Shown: positions 34,390 through 47,280, numbered from the stretch's first letter. The stretch is 64,000 nucleotides of DNA from Callorhinchus milii (GCF_018977255.1 NW_024704743.1:12278001-12342000); one strand, 5' to 3'. Program-made: numbers and translations. The notes: generated from the letters alone by a model not told the origin.

Positions 34390-34703
34390 GAAGTCCTGTA
34401 GCTCAGTGGTTAGAGCACTCGCTTTGCAAGCGAGAGACCTGAGTTCAATTCCAGGCAGAGGGCGAAACCTTGGGCAAGTTTACTTACTCCACACAGAGCC
34501 TAATAATAATCCCTTCAAAACCCAAAACAATAATAAATTGGTCATTTTCAATCTACGACTGTTTGTGGGACACTGCTGTGCGCAATTGGCTGCTGCGTTC
34601 GCCCACAAATATACAGTCAATTCACTTTACAGTGTGTTCTGTGAAGCGCTTTGGGACGTCCTCCCGACGTGAAAAGCACTATATCAAATGCAAGGATTAT
34701 TAT
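34390..34703 (+). mobile_element. tRNA-Ala-headed SINE (internal deletion)
   Basis: gtcctgtagctcagtggttagagcactcgctttgcaagcgaga head; L2-type tail. Confidence 0.9.
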
Positions 34704-34778
34704 AAGCAAATGTGCTTCTGGATAGACGTTTGCTTATAAAAACATTGCTTTTGCTTTGCTCTCTGTGTCATTATGCAG

Positions 34779-34991
34779 TTCTGTGTCCACGCTCACCACT
34801 TCAAACATTTACTTATATGCTTTCCTGCCCATTATTCTATTCGTGGAACAGCAAACAACTATAATAAGATCAGTAAATCTTCTAATTACACTCATGACCA
34901 GGACGCTACTTTCACAGTTACAAGTGCATTCGTTTTGTGGGAAGGTGCCATAGAGACAATTGGGCAAACTTTCATTAAAATACCAAATAAA
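34779..34991 (+). other. Candidate terminal exon with poly(A) signal
   Basis: Strong acceptor tttgctttgctctctgtgtcattatgCAG; open frame to TAG 34951-34953; AATAAA at 34986-34991. Confidence 0.3.
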
Positions 34992-35754
34992 GCTTTGGTT
35001 AACTCAACATATCGGGTTAGAAACAACTTTAAACTTGATCTCAGATTCAATAATAGCTTTAAGCAGATTCAATAATAATTTCAAAAGGGAATTGGTTATA
35101 TACTTGAAAACAAAAAATCTGCAAGGCAATGGGGAAAGAGTGGGGAAATGAGATTAGTTGGATACGTCTTTTAAAGAGCTGGCTCAGACGCGATGGGCCG
35201 AATGGTCTCCTTCTGTGCTGTAAGATTCTATGGTCACACATCTTTCGAATATAATTACTGTGCTTTTTACCCACAGTCACTACACTTTACAGTATATCCT
35301 GTGCAGCACCTTTGAGACAACAAGATTGAACGGATAGCTCGCTTGGAAAACTGGTGCAGACATGCTGGACTAAATGGCCTCCTTCTGCGCCATAAATTTC
35401 TGTGGTTCTAAAATTCATCAAAGTCAACTTTGAGTTGGGAAAGTCCAAAGTAAAATCTTGTCTCAATATAAGCCAGTGGAAGTTGTTAAGAGCAGGGTGG
35501 ACTCAGATACCAACAAATTAAAAATATGTCTCAGAATATATCACTGTACTTTTTTTGGTAAAATTCTGGGTGATTTTTATGAAGTGTACAATTGACATTG
35601 CCTCATATACTAGCTGTTTCTCTTCTGCTGTAACATTTGTAAATAGGGCCTAAAATGTGGGATTTCTACCTGGTTTATTTCTTAAGAGAAATGGATTAGG
35701 TCCATGGCGAGCTCTTGCTTCTATTAAGTGGTTACCTGGCTGCATTTATTTTCC

Positions 35755-36245
35755 ACATCATTCCCACACTCGCTCACCTCCACTGGCTCCCCATCCCCCA
35801 GAGGATCGATTTCAAGATCCTAACCTACAAGGCCATTCACGGCCTCGCTCCCTCCTACCTGTCTGACCTACTATCCCCCTACCTACCTGCCCGTACCCTC
35901 CGTTCCTCTGGCTCCGGTCTGCTCCACATCCCCCGCCCCAACCGCCCTATCATCGGTGGCCGGGCCTTCAGCCTCTCAGCCCCGAGGCTCTGGAACTCTA
36001 TCCCCCAGTGCCTTCGCCGCCTCCTCCTTTCCTCCTTCAAGGCCGGTCTCAAGACCTTTCTCTTTGACCGAGCCTTCGGCTCCCCTCTCGACTCTCTACC
36101 CCCTCCTCGCTCCCTCCCTTCCCTCCCCTCACCCTGACCATTTCCCCCCAATGCTTGAGTCCTGACCCAACTGTACAGCGCCTTGGGATGTCCTCCTGAC
36201 GTGAAAGGCGCTCAATAAATGGAATCTTGTTGTTGTTGTTGTTGT
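35755..36245 (+). mobile_element. Young L2 3' fragment
   Basis: LHWLPIPQRIDFKILTYKAIHGLAPSYL...; nearly identical to 11830-12320 (reverse). Confidence 0.92.
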
Positions 36246-36317
36246 ATTTGCTCTGGGACACTGCCCCGCATGAAGGGTGCTATATAAATGCAAGTTGTTG
36301 TTGTATTTGTACATTTA

Positions 36318-36865
36318 CAACATTTATGTGCCCCCTCTTGGTGACATCATCCATAGACATGGGGTCAACTTCCACGTGTATGTGGATGACACCCAACTCC
36401 ACTTCTCCGCCTCTACCCTTGACTCCAGGATCACTGCTGTCCTCACAGACTGCCTGTCGGACATCAAGTGCTGGATGAGAGCTAACTTTCTCCACTTGAA
36501 TGTCAACAAGAGAGAGGCCCTCCTGCTTGGCTCCCGTCAGCTCCTGCCTACCTTTGGCGCTGACAGCATCACCCTTCATGGATGTACTCTACACCCAATG
36601 GAGCCAATATGGAACCTCGGCATCCTGTTTGACCCGCAACTTCACCCCCCACATCCGTGCCATGACCCGCTCCACATTTCTCCACCACCGCAACATTGCA
36701 GGCCGCTGAGACCCTCATCCGCGTATTCATTACATCGAGGCTCGACTACACAAACTCCCTGCTTGTCGGCCTCCCCAACTCCTCCCTCCACAGGTTGCAG
36801 ATCATCCAGAACTTTGTAGCCTGTGACCTCTCCCGCACCAGCCTCTGCGATCCTATCACCCCCTG
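36318..36865 (+). mobile_element. L2 RT fragment
   Basis: PLGDIIHRHGVNFHVYVDDTQL, SRLDYTNSLL. Confidence 0.88.
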
Positions 36866-36959
36866 TTATGCATATTAGGGGACGAGTGACCTAATTCAAC
36901 CTTTATTCATCAGGATGAGTGAAGTGCAGGCAGGAAAGGGCAATGCATTCAAGTGTTCA

Positions 36960-37285
36960 ATGCTGGGGCTGTGTTGCATTGTCTGAGGTGCCGTCCTTCA
37001 GCTGAGATATTAAATCGAGGCTCCTTCTGCCTGTTCAGACGGATGTTAAAGATCCCACGGCACTATTCAAAAGGAGAAGGGAGTTTTGCCTGGTGTCCTG
37101 ACTGACCATACCCCAAATATAAAATTGGTCACTCATTCACAGCTGTTTGTAAGGCATTGCTGTGCGTAAATTCGCAAATTGGCTGCAGTGTTTGCTTACA
37201 AAACTCACAGTCACTACACTTTACAGTATATCCTCTGAAGGTGCTTTGGGTCATCCTCCTGACATGAAATGTGCTGTAGCAATTG
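36960..37285 (+). mobile_element. Deu-domain SINE
   Basis: gcattgtctgaggtgccgtccttcagctgagatattaaatcgagg...aaagatcccacggcactatt Deu core, L2-type tail. Confidence 0.7.
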
Positions 37286-37679
37286 TAAAGGTAGTTATGA
37301 TTAACAACAGCTTTCATTTATATGGCACCCTTCACAAGGGAAAGAGTCTCGGACAATTAAGAACAGCATATATCCCCATTAATTTGTAATGAGAAGGACG
37401 TCTCAACAGGTCTTTACCAGATTTTTTTGTGTATTTTGTAGGCAAACATGGCAGTCAATTTGTGCAAATGGAAGCCTGTAGCTCAGTGGTTAGAGCACTC
37501 GTCTTGCAAGTGGGTTCTATTCCCGGCAGGGTGAAATGTTGGGCAAGTTTCCTTACTCCACACGCCTGCTTACCTAGCAGTAAGTAGGAACCCAGTTATT
37601 AGTCGATTGGCGGATCACTTTTCCGGGTATAATAATCCCTAAAAAAAAGAGTAATAATTTGGTCACTCAATCCACGACT

Positions 37680-38515
37680 GTCTGTCGGATATCAAGTCCT
37701 GGATGAGAGCTAACTTTCTTCAGTTAAACAAGATCGAGGGTCTCCTGATCGGCTCCCGTCAACGCCTCCTCACCTCAGGCGTTGTCAGCATCACCATCCA
37801 TGGTTGCACACTCCTCTTGTTTGACCCTCAACTATCCTTTCTACTCCACATCTGCGCCATGACCCGCTCTGCCTTCCCCCACCGCTTGGCTCCGACACTG
37901 TCTCACACCGCAGGCCGCTGAAACCCTCATACATGCTTTCATTATATCGAGGCTCGACTATGCAAACTCATTGCTTGTCGGCCTCCCGAACTCCTCCCTC
38001 CACAGGCTGCAGATCATCCAGAACTCAGTCCGTGTCCTCTCCTGCACTAGGTTCCGCGACCCTATCAACCCCATCCTCGCCCAACTCCACTGGCTTCCCA
38101 TCACACAGAGGATACAGTTCAAGATCCTGGTCTTCACCTTCAAAGCTGTCCACGGTCTTACTCCTCCCTACCTCTGTGACCTCTTAACCACCACCATCCT
38201 GCTCGCTCCCTCTGCTCAGCGGGCTCCGGCCTGCTTCATGTCCCCTGCCTCACTTGCTCCACCATTGGCAGGTGGGCCTTCTGCCACTCTGCCCCCACCC
38301 TCTGGAACTCCATTCCGCGATCCTCTGCCTCGCTCCCTCCCTTGTCACCTTCAAGACCCTCCTCTTCGATTGTGCTTTTGATCTCCCTGCTTTCCCCTCC
38401 TGCCCTCCACCCTCCCCGACCCCGACCCCCAGCTCGGGTCCGTAACTCTGTTTGTCCAGCGCCTTGGGATGTCTTCCCGATGTGAAAGGCACTTTACAAA
38501 TTTAGTTTTGTTGTT
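37680..38515 (+). mobile_element. L2 3' fragment (preceded by a SINE head at 37470-37680)
   Basis: WMRANFLQLNK, LHWLPITQRIQFKIL, tail. Confidence 0.88.
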
Positions 38516-39233
38516 GTTTGTGGGACACTGATGTGCGCATTTGGCTGCCGTGTTTCACCTACAAATATACAGTCAATTCACTTTACAGTATATTCCGTGA
38601 AGCTCTTTGAGACGATTGAAGATGTGAAACGTACTATATCAAATGCAAGGATTATTATTTTTATTATTATTATTATAATAAATTACTCACTTAGCCAAGT
38701 TGGCTGCAGTCATGAAAGTCCAAAAACATTCAAACTTGTCATTTTTCATGTGCCGGCCTTAAGGTGATTATTGGCCAACATTACAAAGCCACTTCAACTT
38801 CACAGACCAGCAACCAATTGGGGAGCACCTGTCTAAATTGCTGTACTGTACAAACTACTGACTTAACTCTCAGTGGCAAGACTCCTGGCACCAATTACTG
38901 CCTCATCCGATTTGCTCTCAAGTGTGCAGCAGGACGGATAGTTAATCCATTTGCATTCATCCCAAATGAAACTAGAGTGTTAAGACTTCAAAGCAGCCAT
39001 GTTCTCCTTTGAGATATACACATGAGAGAGAAGGGAACAGAAGTGTATGGGAGTCAGTGAGAAGTTTTGAGACATCTTAACAATATGATAAGGTGCTATA
39101 TCAAATGCAAGGATTGTATTATTATTAAATGGATGGAGATCATTATGGAATATAAACACCGGCACAGATGAGTTGGGGCAACTGATCTATTTCTGTGCCA
39201 TAAATTCTATGTAAATCTATGTAAATAATAATA

Positions 39234-39391
39234 CAGTAAACTGCTAATAACTCACCCCTAGCTTAACTTGTCACTACCACTTAAGTCACCATGCTGTCAT
39301 TATCCCAGTTGCATTTATTTGTACATATGCCTCCACCATCCTGATAACTAGTCCCTTTCCCTTGGAGTGATGAGTTATCAGGAGTTTACTG
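39234..39391. mobile_element. 158-bp MITE with Tc1/mariner (Tigger-like) TIRs
   Basis: TA|CAGTAAACTgCTaATAACTCA ... TGAGTTATCAGGAGTTTACTG|TG: 21-bp TIRs with 2 mismatches. Confidence 0.75.
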
Positions 39392-39787
39392 TGCTTGCAT
39401 TTCATACAGCACCTTTTTAAGTCCTATATCAACCTATATCCACTCCCTCGGCTCAGCAGGCATGATTCTGCTCTACGTCCACCGCCCTGCCCGCTCCACC
39501 ATCGACAGTCGGGCTTTCAACCTTTCTACCCACAACCTTTGGAATTCCATCCCAGAACTCCTCCACTTCGCTACCTCCTTTGCCTCCTTCAAAGCCCGTC
39601 TCAATATCTACCTGTTCGACCATGTCTTCGGTCATCTTCCCTCCTCCATACCCCTTGTCCTCTTGAATCCAGCCTCCAGCTTGGTTGCAAACCTTTCACT
39701 ATCCAGCACTTTGGGACGTGCACCCGATGTGAAAGGCGCTATATAAATGTAATTTGTTGTTGTTGTTCTCAAAGCGCTTCATAGGAT

Positions 39788-40144
39788 TTAATAATATTAA
39801 TCCTTGCATTTGATATAGTGCTTTATCACGTCATTGAGATATCTCAAAGCACTTCACAGAATATATTGTAAAGTGAATTAACTGTTTATTTTGTGGATGA
39901 AACTCAGTGGTCAATTGCCCACAGCAGTCTCCCACAAACAATTGTGGATTGAGTGATCCAATTTTTTTTGGGGGGAGGAGGGATTATTGCCCCTGGATAG
40001 CGATCTGCCAATCGACTAAAAAACGGGTTCCTATTTATTAGGTAGACAGAGGCATGTGGAATAAGGAAACTACCCTCGCCCGGGAATTGAACCGGGTCCT
40101 CTCACTTGCAAGGCGAGTGTGCTAACCACTATGCTATGGGACTC
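39788..40144 (-). mobile_element. tRNA-Ala-headed SINE
   Basis: Full reverse copy. Confidence 0.85.
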
Positions 40145-40382
40145 AGATTTACTGTAAACTGTGTATTTTGTGTATTTTGTAGATCGGGTCAACCAATTTG
40201 CTCACAGAAATGTCCCACAAACTGACATGGAGTGAACAACACAGGTTTATCTGTGAGGGGGTCATTGGCCAGAGCACTGGGAGAAACTCCTTTCCCTTTT
40301 TGAGTTGATAAAGAATGGGATCTGTTTCCAGTGAACAGGAATATGTCAGGCCAATCCGCAGGAAATGGTTTTACGAAAACAA

Positions 40383-40765
40383 CTGCTCAGTTGGTAGCAC
40401 TTTCACCTCTGAGTTGGAAGGTTGTGAGTTCAAGCCCCATATCAGGACTTGGAATTCAAATAGTCTGGGGTGACACTCCAATAGTGCATTGTTGGAGGTG
40501 CTGTCCTTTAAACTGAAGCCCTCTCTGTCTGTCCAGCTGGACGTTAAAGTTACATTGCACTATTCAAAAAGAAAAGGGAGTTTCTCCCAGTTTCCTGGCC
40601 AACAATCCCTCAAATAAAATTGGTCATTCACTCCATGGCTATTTATGGGACATTTCGCCCACAAAATACAAAGTCACTCCATTTTATAGTATATCCTGTG
40701 AAGCGCTTTAGATATCTTGAGGATGTACTAATGCTCCATATCAAATGCAAGGCTTATTATTTATA
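40383..40765 (+). mobile_element. Deu-domain SINE
   Basis: gctcagttggtagcac..gttcaagccc tRNA-like head, Deu core, tail. Confidence 0.75.
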
Positions 40766-41015
40766 ATTATGAAGATTTTGTGCACCGATGTTGGGGCAGA
40801 ACAGGCAAGGGAAGTGAAGCGGGGCAGTGTTTGCTGAGTGAGAAGGGTGATTGGGGCACAAGAGTCACAGAACTAGGGTGAGAAGAGGCCAGGGAGGAAT
40901 TTGAAAGTGAGGCTGAGGATCCTAAATTCAGATACGGAGTTGAGCAGGGGTTGGGGGTGATAGGCTTGTGGAGTGGAGTGAGTTCCCAATTCCCTGCCTT
41001 TTCCCATATCCCTTC

Positions 41016-41265
41016 AACAACAACAACAACAAGATTCCATTTATAGAGCGCCTTTCACATCGGGAGGACGTCCCAAAGTGCTGGACAGTTGGGTCAGGAC
41101 CCGAGCAGGGGGGAAATGGTCAGGGTGAGGGGAGGGAAGGGAGGGAGTGAGGAGGGGGTAGAGAGTTGAGAGGGGAGCTGAAGGCACAGTCAAAGAGGAA
41201 GGTCTTGAGACCGGCCTTGAAGGAGGAAAGGGAGGAAGCAAGGCGAAGGCACTGGGGGATAGAGT
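41016..41265 (-). mobile_element. Young L2 3' fragment followed by a (CTTCATATA)n microsatellite (41266-41335)
   Basis: (CAA)n gattccatttatagagcgcctttcac tail, near-identical to 20413-20590. Confidence 0.9.
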
Positions 41266-41644
41266 TCATATACTTCATATACTTTCATATATACCTTCAT
41301 ATACTTTCATATACCTTCATATACTTTCTCTTCATAAATACTAATCCAACTAATTAAATGAGAGGACCTGATTCAATTCCCGGTCAGGGTAAAACTTTGG
41401 GCAAGTTTCCTTACACCACACACACCTCTGTTTACCTAGCTGTAAGTTGAAATCCAATTGTTAGTCGATTGGTGGATTGCTTTTCCGGGGGTAATAATCC
41501 CTTCAAAATAAAAAAATAAATAAATTGGCCATTGAATCCATGACTATCTGTGGGACACTGCTGTGCGCAATTGTCTGCCGCACATCGCCTACAAAATATA
41601 CTGTCAATTACTTTACAGTATATTCTCTGAAGCATTTTGAGACA

Positions 41645-42292
41645 TAGAAACATGAGCAGGCCATTCAGCCCTTCGATCCTGTTCCGTCATTTAATTAGAT
41701 CATGGCTGATCTGTACCTCAACTAATCCATTCAATTCCAATTTCCTGCTTTCTTCCCGTATCCCTTAATATCCTGACCCACCAAAGATCTATCAACCTCA
41801 CTCTTGAAGGTGTGGATGGATCCAGCATCCATGGCCTTTTGGGGGAGAGAATTCCAGATTTCTACCACCCTTTGAGTGAAAAAATGCTTCCTGATTTCAC
41901 TCTTAAATAGTATGGTTCTAATTTTAAGACTATTCCCCCTTGTTTTGGATTCCCGAACCAGAGGAAATAGATTCTCTGTATCTACCCTATCAAATCCCTT
42001 TATCATCTTAAATACCTCAATCAAATCACCCCTCAACCTTCTAAGCTCAAAGGAATACAATCCAAGTTTACGCAGCCTTTCCTTGTAACTTAATCCTTTT
42101 AGCCCTGGTAACATTTTAGTGAACCTGTGCTGCACCCCCTCCAGAACCAATATATCTTTCCTGAGGTGTGGTGCCCAAACCTGAATGCAGTTTCCAGATG
42201 GGGTCTGACTAACGCTCTATACAGCTGAAGCATCATTTCTTCCCCTTTGTATTTCAGGCCCCTTGAGATAAAGGCCAACATTCCATTCACCT
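41645..42292 (-). mobile_element. CR1 3' fragment
   Basis: LYRALVRPHLE, LEGVQHRFTKMLPGL, FFTQRVVEIWNSLP; close relative of 9100-9580. Confidence 0.92.
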
Positions 42293-42782
42293 TTTGAGAC
42301 GTCTTGAAGATATGATAACAACAACAAAATTATATTTGTATAGCGCTTTTCACAGCGGGAGGACCTCCCAAGGGACTGGACATTCAGTGTTTCGAACCCG
42401 AGCTGGGGGTTCGGGATTCGGGAGAGAGGAGGGTGGGTCGGGGGGAAGGAAGCTGATCGAAGGCACGGTCGAAGAGGAGGGTCTTGAGATGGGTCTTAAA
42501 GGAGGCAAGGGAGGAGGCGAGGCAGAGGGATTAGCCACTATATCAAATGCAGGGATTATTATTATTATTATTCAATTTCCTTTTAAAATGTTTCTGTCTT
42601 GTGGCATAGTGATAGCCTAATAATATAATTAATAATAATTATCTAATATCCTAATAATTATTAATTTATAGTTGTTATCCTAATAATAATTAATTTATAG
42701 GTGATATTGATATCCTAATAATAATGTATTGTTATATACTAATGATTTATATTAATATTATGAGGATATTGTTTTGCCACTG

Positions 42783-42942
42783 ACTCACCATTGGGTGTGA
42801 GTGTTTTTAGCAACCAAGAAAACAAGCGACATTGAGTCTCTCTGTTTTGTTTAGAAAAACGAACCTGCCTCATGCAGACTTCTAACACATTATTTACGTT
42901 AAGTGCAGTTCACACAACTGCAGTCAGTATCAGCATTTTATA
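42783..42942 (-). promoter_or_regulatory. Candidate minus-strand TATA promoter with short first exon
   Basis: TATAAAA (42942-42936), ~120 nt exon ending ATG|GTGAGT (donor 42788-42783); AP-1/MARE-like TGAGTCAGC at ~43118. Confidence 0.3.
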
Positions 42943-43200
42943 GGAATTGAAAGTTCATCAAATTTTCAATTTTGGGGGGAGGGAGGGAAAGGAACAATAT
43001 TTTAATTTTGTGTGTGCGTACGCGAGGGTGGATGGATTGGGGGGGCAGTGGGGGGGATTGTAGGTCGGGGGGATTGGGGGGTGCAGGAGGAATGGCAAAG
43101 TGAAATGTGAAATTAGTTGAGTCAGCTCTCTGTGCTGGTTTTGTTAGTCTGGGTTCCTGAGCCAAGCGTGTGCTCAGTATTGCAAAGCCCAGTTATACAA

Positions 43201-43569
43201 CAATAATAATAATAATTCTTGCATTTGATATAGCGCTTTTCATGTGTTCGAGACATCTCAAAGCGCTTCACAGAATAGACTGCAAAGTGAATTTACTGTA
43301 TATTTATGGGAGAAACGCGGCAGCCAATTGCGCACAGTAGTGTCCCATAAACAGTCGTGGACTGAGTGACCAAATTATAATTTTTTTTAAGGATTATTAT
43401 CCCCAGAAAAGCGATCCGCCAATCGACTAACAAGCGCATTCCTACTTACTGCTAGGTAAACAGAGGAGTGTGGAGTAAGGAAATTTGGCCAACATTTCAC
43501 CCTGCCGGGAATAGAACCCAGGTCTCTCGCTTGCGAGGCGAGTGCTGTAACCACTGAGCTACAGGACTA
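43201..43569 (-). mobile_element. tRNA-Ala-headed SINE (full length)
   Basis: Complete reverse copy with (AAT)n tail. Confidence 0.9.
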
Positions 43570-44089
43570 AATATCTGGTATGTTAACAATATCAGGTCTT
43601 TCAGTTGGATAAGAGAGGTATGGAGGCACTCACTTTTGATTTTAATGCTTTGTACCGTGACAGGTCCATATAATGAAGGATAATTGGTGTTAAATAATCT
43701 CTGAAAGTGTGCCACATCACTTTTGTTTTCAAACCCACTGGAATTCTGGTGAATCAGATTTCTGCATTGTGCATAGCGAAGATAAACAGTCAAACCTTTA
43801 AATCCCCCTATTCAATTTCCTCCATGTTTTTCTGCGGTACTGTCCATATAATCTATAATTTACAATTTAAAATACTATTTTTTCCAAAGCCCAGCTCTAT
43901 TGAACTCTATATACATACACACAGTCACACACACAGACTTGATTTTGTGCCTTTGGGAGCCTTGTCTCTCCTAGTTTCTGAACAGTCCAGCTCCCTTCAG
44001 GGTATTTGGTGCTGGTTCTGGTTGCGGAGTTCAAGATTCATGAGTGACAGCTAGATTTGGAAGCTTTGGTAAGTTCTTGCGCAAACTCA

Positions 44090-44490
44090 GAATAAGTAGT
44101 GGTAACTGTCAGTTGATGACAGACCGGTCAGTCTGGCTTGTCAACTGCATGTGGAAGGACAGGTCAGTCACTGGGGGGGAGGGATTCTTCCCACCCGCCT
44201 GCCATCAACCATGCAAGCCAAAGTCCAGATGGATAGGATGGTCCTAGCTGGACAAGCAGTGGGAAAACTTGCCAGGCAGTGCTCTCAGTGGCAAGCTGTG
44301 CTTTTTTTATGCCGATGGGATCCTTAACATCCACCCCAATGGGAGCTTGGTTTAACGACTCATTCAAAGGACATCATCTCAACGCAATCCCCCTGCATTG
44401 ACATGTCAGCCTAGACTTGAACTCAAAGTCACCCGGCATGGGGCTTGATCCCACAGACTTCTGTCTCGGGAGCCGAGAATGCTCTCATCC
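44090..44490 (-). mobile_element. Composite Deu-SINE fragment
   Basis: Extra-domain motif ggtcctagctggacaagc (~44240) adjoining a Deu head at 44305-44490. Confidence 0.55.
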
Positions 44491-44514
44491 GAGCCTGGCC
44501 TAACATTAACACAC

Positions 44515-44830
44515 AACAAATTACATTTGTATAGCATCTTTCACATCGGGAGGACGTCCCAAGGCGCTGGACAGTCAGGTATTTGGACTCGAGCTGGAGG
44601 TTGAGATTAGGAGGAGTGGAGGGTGGGAAGGGTAGAGGTAGGAGTGTGACCGAAGGAATGGTTAAGAGGAAGGTCTTGAGATGGGCCTTGAAGGAGGCAA
44701 GGGAGGGAGTGAGGCAAAGGGACTGTGAGATCAAGTTCCAAAGGGTGGGGGTGCAGAAAGACTGAAGGCCTGACTACTGATGGTGGGGCTGGTAGGGCGT
44801 GGAGCAGGCCAGTGTCCGCTGAGCGGAGAG
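44515..44830 (-). mobile_element. L2 3' fragment
   Basis: SLASFKAHLKTFL and conserved tail. Confidence 0.8.
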
Positions 44831-45445
44831 TGGACAAGTCAGTTTGGGAGGAGGATAAAACACCAGTTTCCTTCTCCTCCCAAAACCCGACTGTATTTTC
44901 TGTTTTCTCTAAACAGCATTTGTGCTGAGAAAAGCATTGTTGCTTTTTTTTAAAAAAAGCTCCTTGTGACTCCTTGTGGGAGTTGTACTGTATTGTACAG
45001 CACTGGGTTGAGGCAGCCATACACATCGACCGTGAGAGGAGGTGTTGCAAAGCCAGATTCTGCATTGTCATTAAAAAAAAGCCTTTATTTATTTCCTTGC
45101 AACTGAACATTGAAGAGCAACGCTTATTGCGTGGCAGTTACAGAAGCCTTTTTTAATATATATATATATATAGCAAGGATTAAGATGGATATTTCATGTA
45201 TTTCTCTTCCCCCGCCTCTCTCACCCTCCCTTTCTCAGTCCCCCTTTCTCACCCTCCCTCTCCCTTCCCTCACTCCCTCTCTTCCCTCACCCCCCTCCCT
45301 CTCTCCCCACCCCCACCCTCCCCTTATTTTATTTCTAATAACGATAGAGAGCCACCATTGCAATGCTAGATACAAAAGCGTTATTTTAATACATAGATAT
45401 ATTTGCCAGGATTAAGCCAGATATTAAAGGCAATTGTGTGTGTGT

Positions 45446-45476
<31 letters not shown>

Positions 45477-45907
45477 GGGGGAGAGGAGAAATAGCGATCG
45501 TATCCCAGGTCAACTCAGGAAGTGGGGATGGAAATGTTTGCACCATATGGACAGGCACAGAGAGGGCTGTTCAGGGCTCCATCTCTCGCTCTCTCTTTCC
45601 CCACTCTTCCTCTGCTGTCCTCCCCCTCTCTCTCTCACCTTCCCCCCCTCTCTCTCTCTCCTTTCCTCCTCTCTCTCCTCTCTTTTCCTCCTCCCTCCTT
45701 CCTTTCCTTCTCCCTCTCTCCTCCTTCCAATCCCCCTTTAGATGACACGCTCTGTCCCTCAAAACCCAAGACTTCGTTCACTTCCTGAAACTTTAGACAG
45801 ACACTATGTGGCTCTCACTTGGTTGGATGGACAGAGGGCGGATGTTTTTGCTCGGTTTTTAGTTTTGCAATTCCTGCTCTTTCAACTTCATAGTTTCGGG
45901 GGTTGCA

Positions 45908-47035
45908 AGAGAGAGAGAGAGAGAGGAGGAAGGGGGGAGAGAGAGAGAGGAGGAGAGAGAGAGAGAGAGGAGGAAGGGGAGAGAGAGAGAGAGAGAGGAG
46001 GAAGGGGAGAGAGAGAGAGGGGAGGAAGGGGAGAGAGAGGGAGAGCAGGAAGGGGAGAGAGGGGGAGAGCAGGAAGGGGAGAGAGAGAGAGAGAGGAGGA
46101 AGGGGAGAGAGAGAGGGGGAGAGGAGGAAGGGGAAAAGAGAGAGGGGGAGAGGGGGAAGGGGGGGAGAGAGAGGTGAGAGCAGGAAGGGGGGGAGAGAGA
46201 GAGGGGGAGAGGAGGAAGGGGAGAGAGAGGGGGAGAGGAGGAAGGGGAGAGAGGGGGAGAGGAGGAAGGAGAGAGAGAGGGGGAGAGGAGGAAGGGGAGC
46301 GAGAGAGAGAGAGAAGGGTAGAGAGAGAGGAGAAGGGGGGGAGAGAGAGAGAGGAGGAAGGGGGAGAGGAGGAAGGGGGGGAGAGAGAGAGTGGGAGAGG
46401 AGGAAGGGGGGGGGAGAGAGGGGGAGAGGAGGAAAGGGGGGAAGGGGGGGAGAGAGAGGGGAGAGCAGGAAGGGTGGGAGAGAGAGAGGGGGAGAGGAGG
46501 AAGGGGAGAGAGAGAAGGGGAGAGAGAGAGAGAGGAGGAAGGGGAGAGAGAGAGAGAAGGAAGGGGAGAGAGAGAGAGAGAGAGAGAGAGAGGAGGAAGG
46601 AGAGAGAGAGAGAGAGGAGGAAAGGGGGAAAGAGAGAGGGAGAGCAGGAAGGGGGGGAGAGAGAGAGAGGGGGAGAGGAGGAAGGGTAGAAAGAGGGGGA
46701 GAGGAGGAAGGGTGGGGAGAGAGAGTGGGAGAGGAGGAAGGGGGGAGAGAGAGAGGGGGAGAGGAGGAAGGGGGGAGAGAGAGGGGAGAGCAGGAAGGGT
46801 GGGAGAGAGAGAAGGGGAGAGGAGGAAGGGGAGAGAGAGGGGGAGAGGAGGAAGGGGAGAGAGAGAGAGAGAGGAGAAGGGGGGGAGAGAGAAGGGAGAG
46901 AAGGAAGGGGAGAGAGAGAGAGGGGGGGAGAGAAGGAAGGGGAGAGAGAGAGAGAGGAGGAAGGGGAAAGAGAGAGAGAGGAGGAAGGGGGAGAGAGAAG
47001 GAGAGTGAGGAGGAAGGGGAGAGGGAGGGAGGAAT
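45908..47035. repeat. ~1.13-kb polypurine (GA) minisatellite
   Basis: Variants of GAGGAGGAAGGGG(GA)n; pyrimidines almost absent. Confidence 0.95.
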
Positions 47036-47244
47036 GAAATAAATGAGAGGAATCAGTATGTGTGTGTGTGTGTGAGAGAAGCAGATCCGAGTCTTGGAAC
47101 AGTTTTTGATGTATAACTGCCCTCATCCTTCAGCCCTCAACCCCAACAACAACATGGACTACTGTAACTGTGTGTGGGGGGAGTGGCCGCGGAGCTGGTG
47201 CTCAGGGCTGAGCCAACAGTGCACAGTCTGAAGGACTGAGAAAC

Positions 47245-47280
<36 letters not shown>

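Noticed and set aside
34392..34460. tRNA-Ala(TGC)-like sequences here and at other SINE heads
   Set aside because: Each continues into the same SINE body and L2 tail, with no oligo-T terminator; they are not tRNA genes.
43634..43810. Minus-strand exon (GFKGLTVYLRY...SIKIK, donor GTGAGT)
   Set aside because: Purine-rich, poor acceptor and unrecognised peptide.
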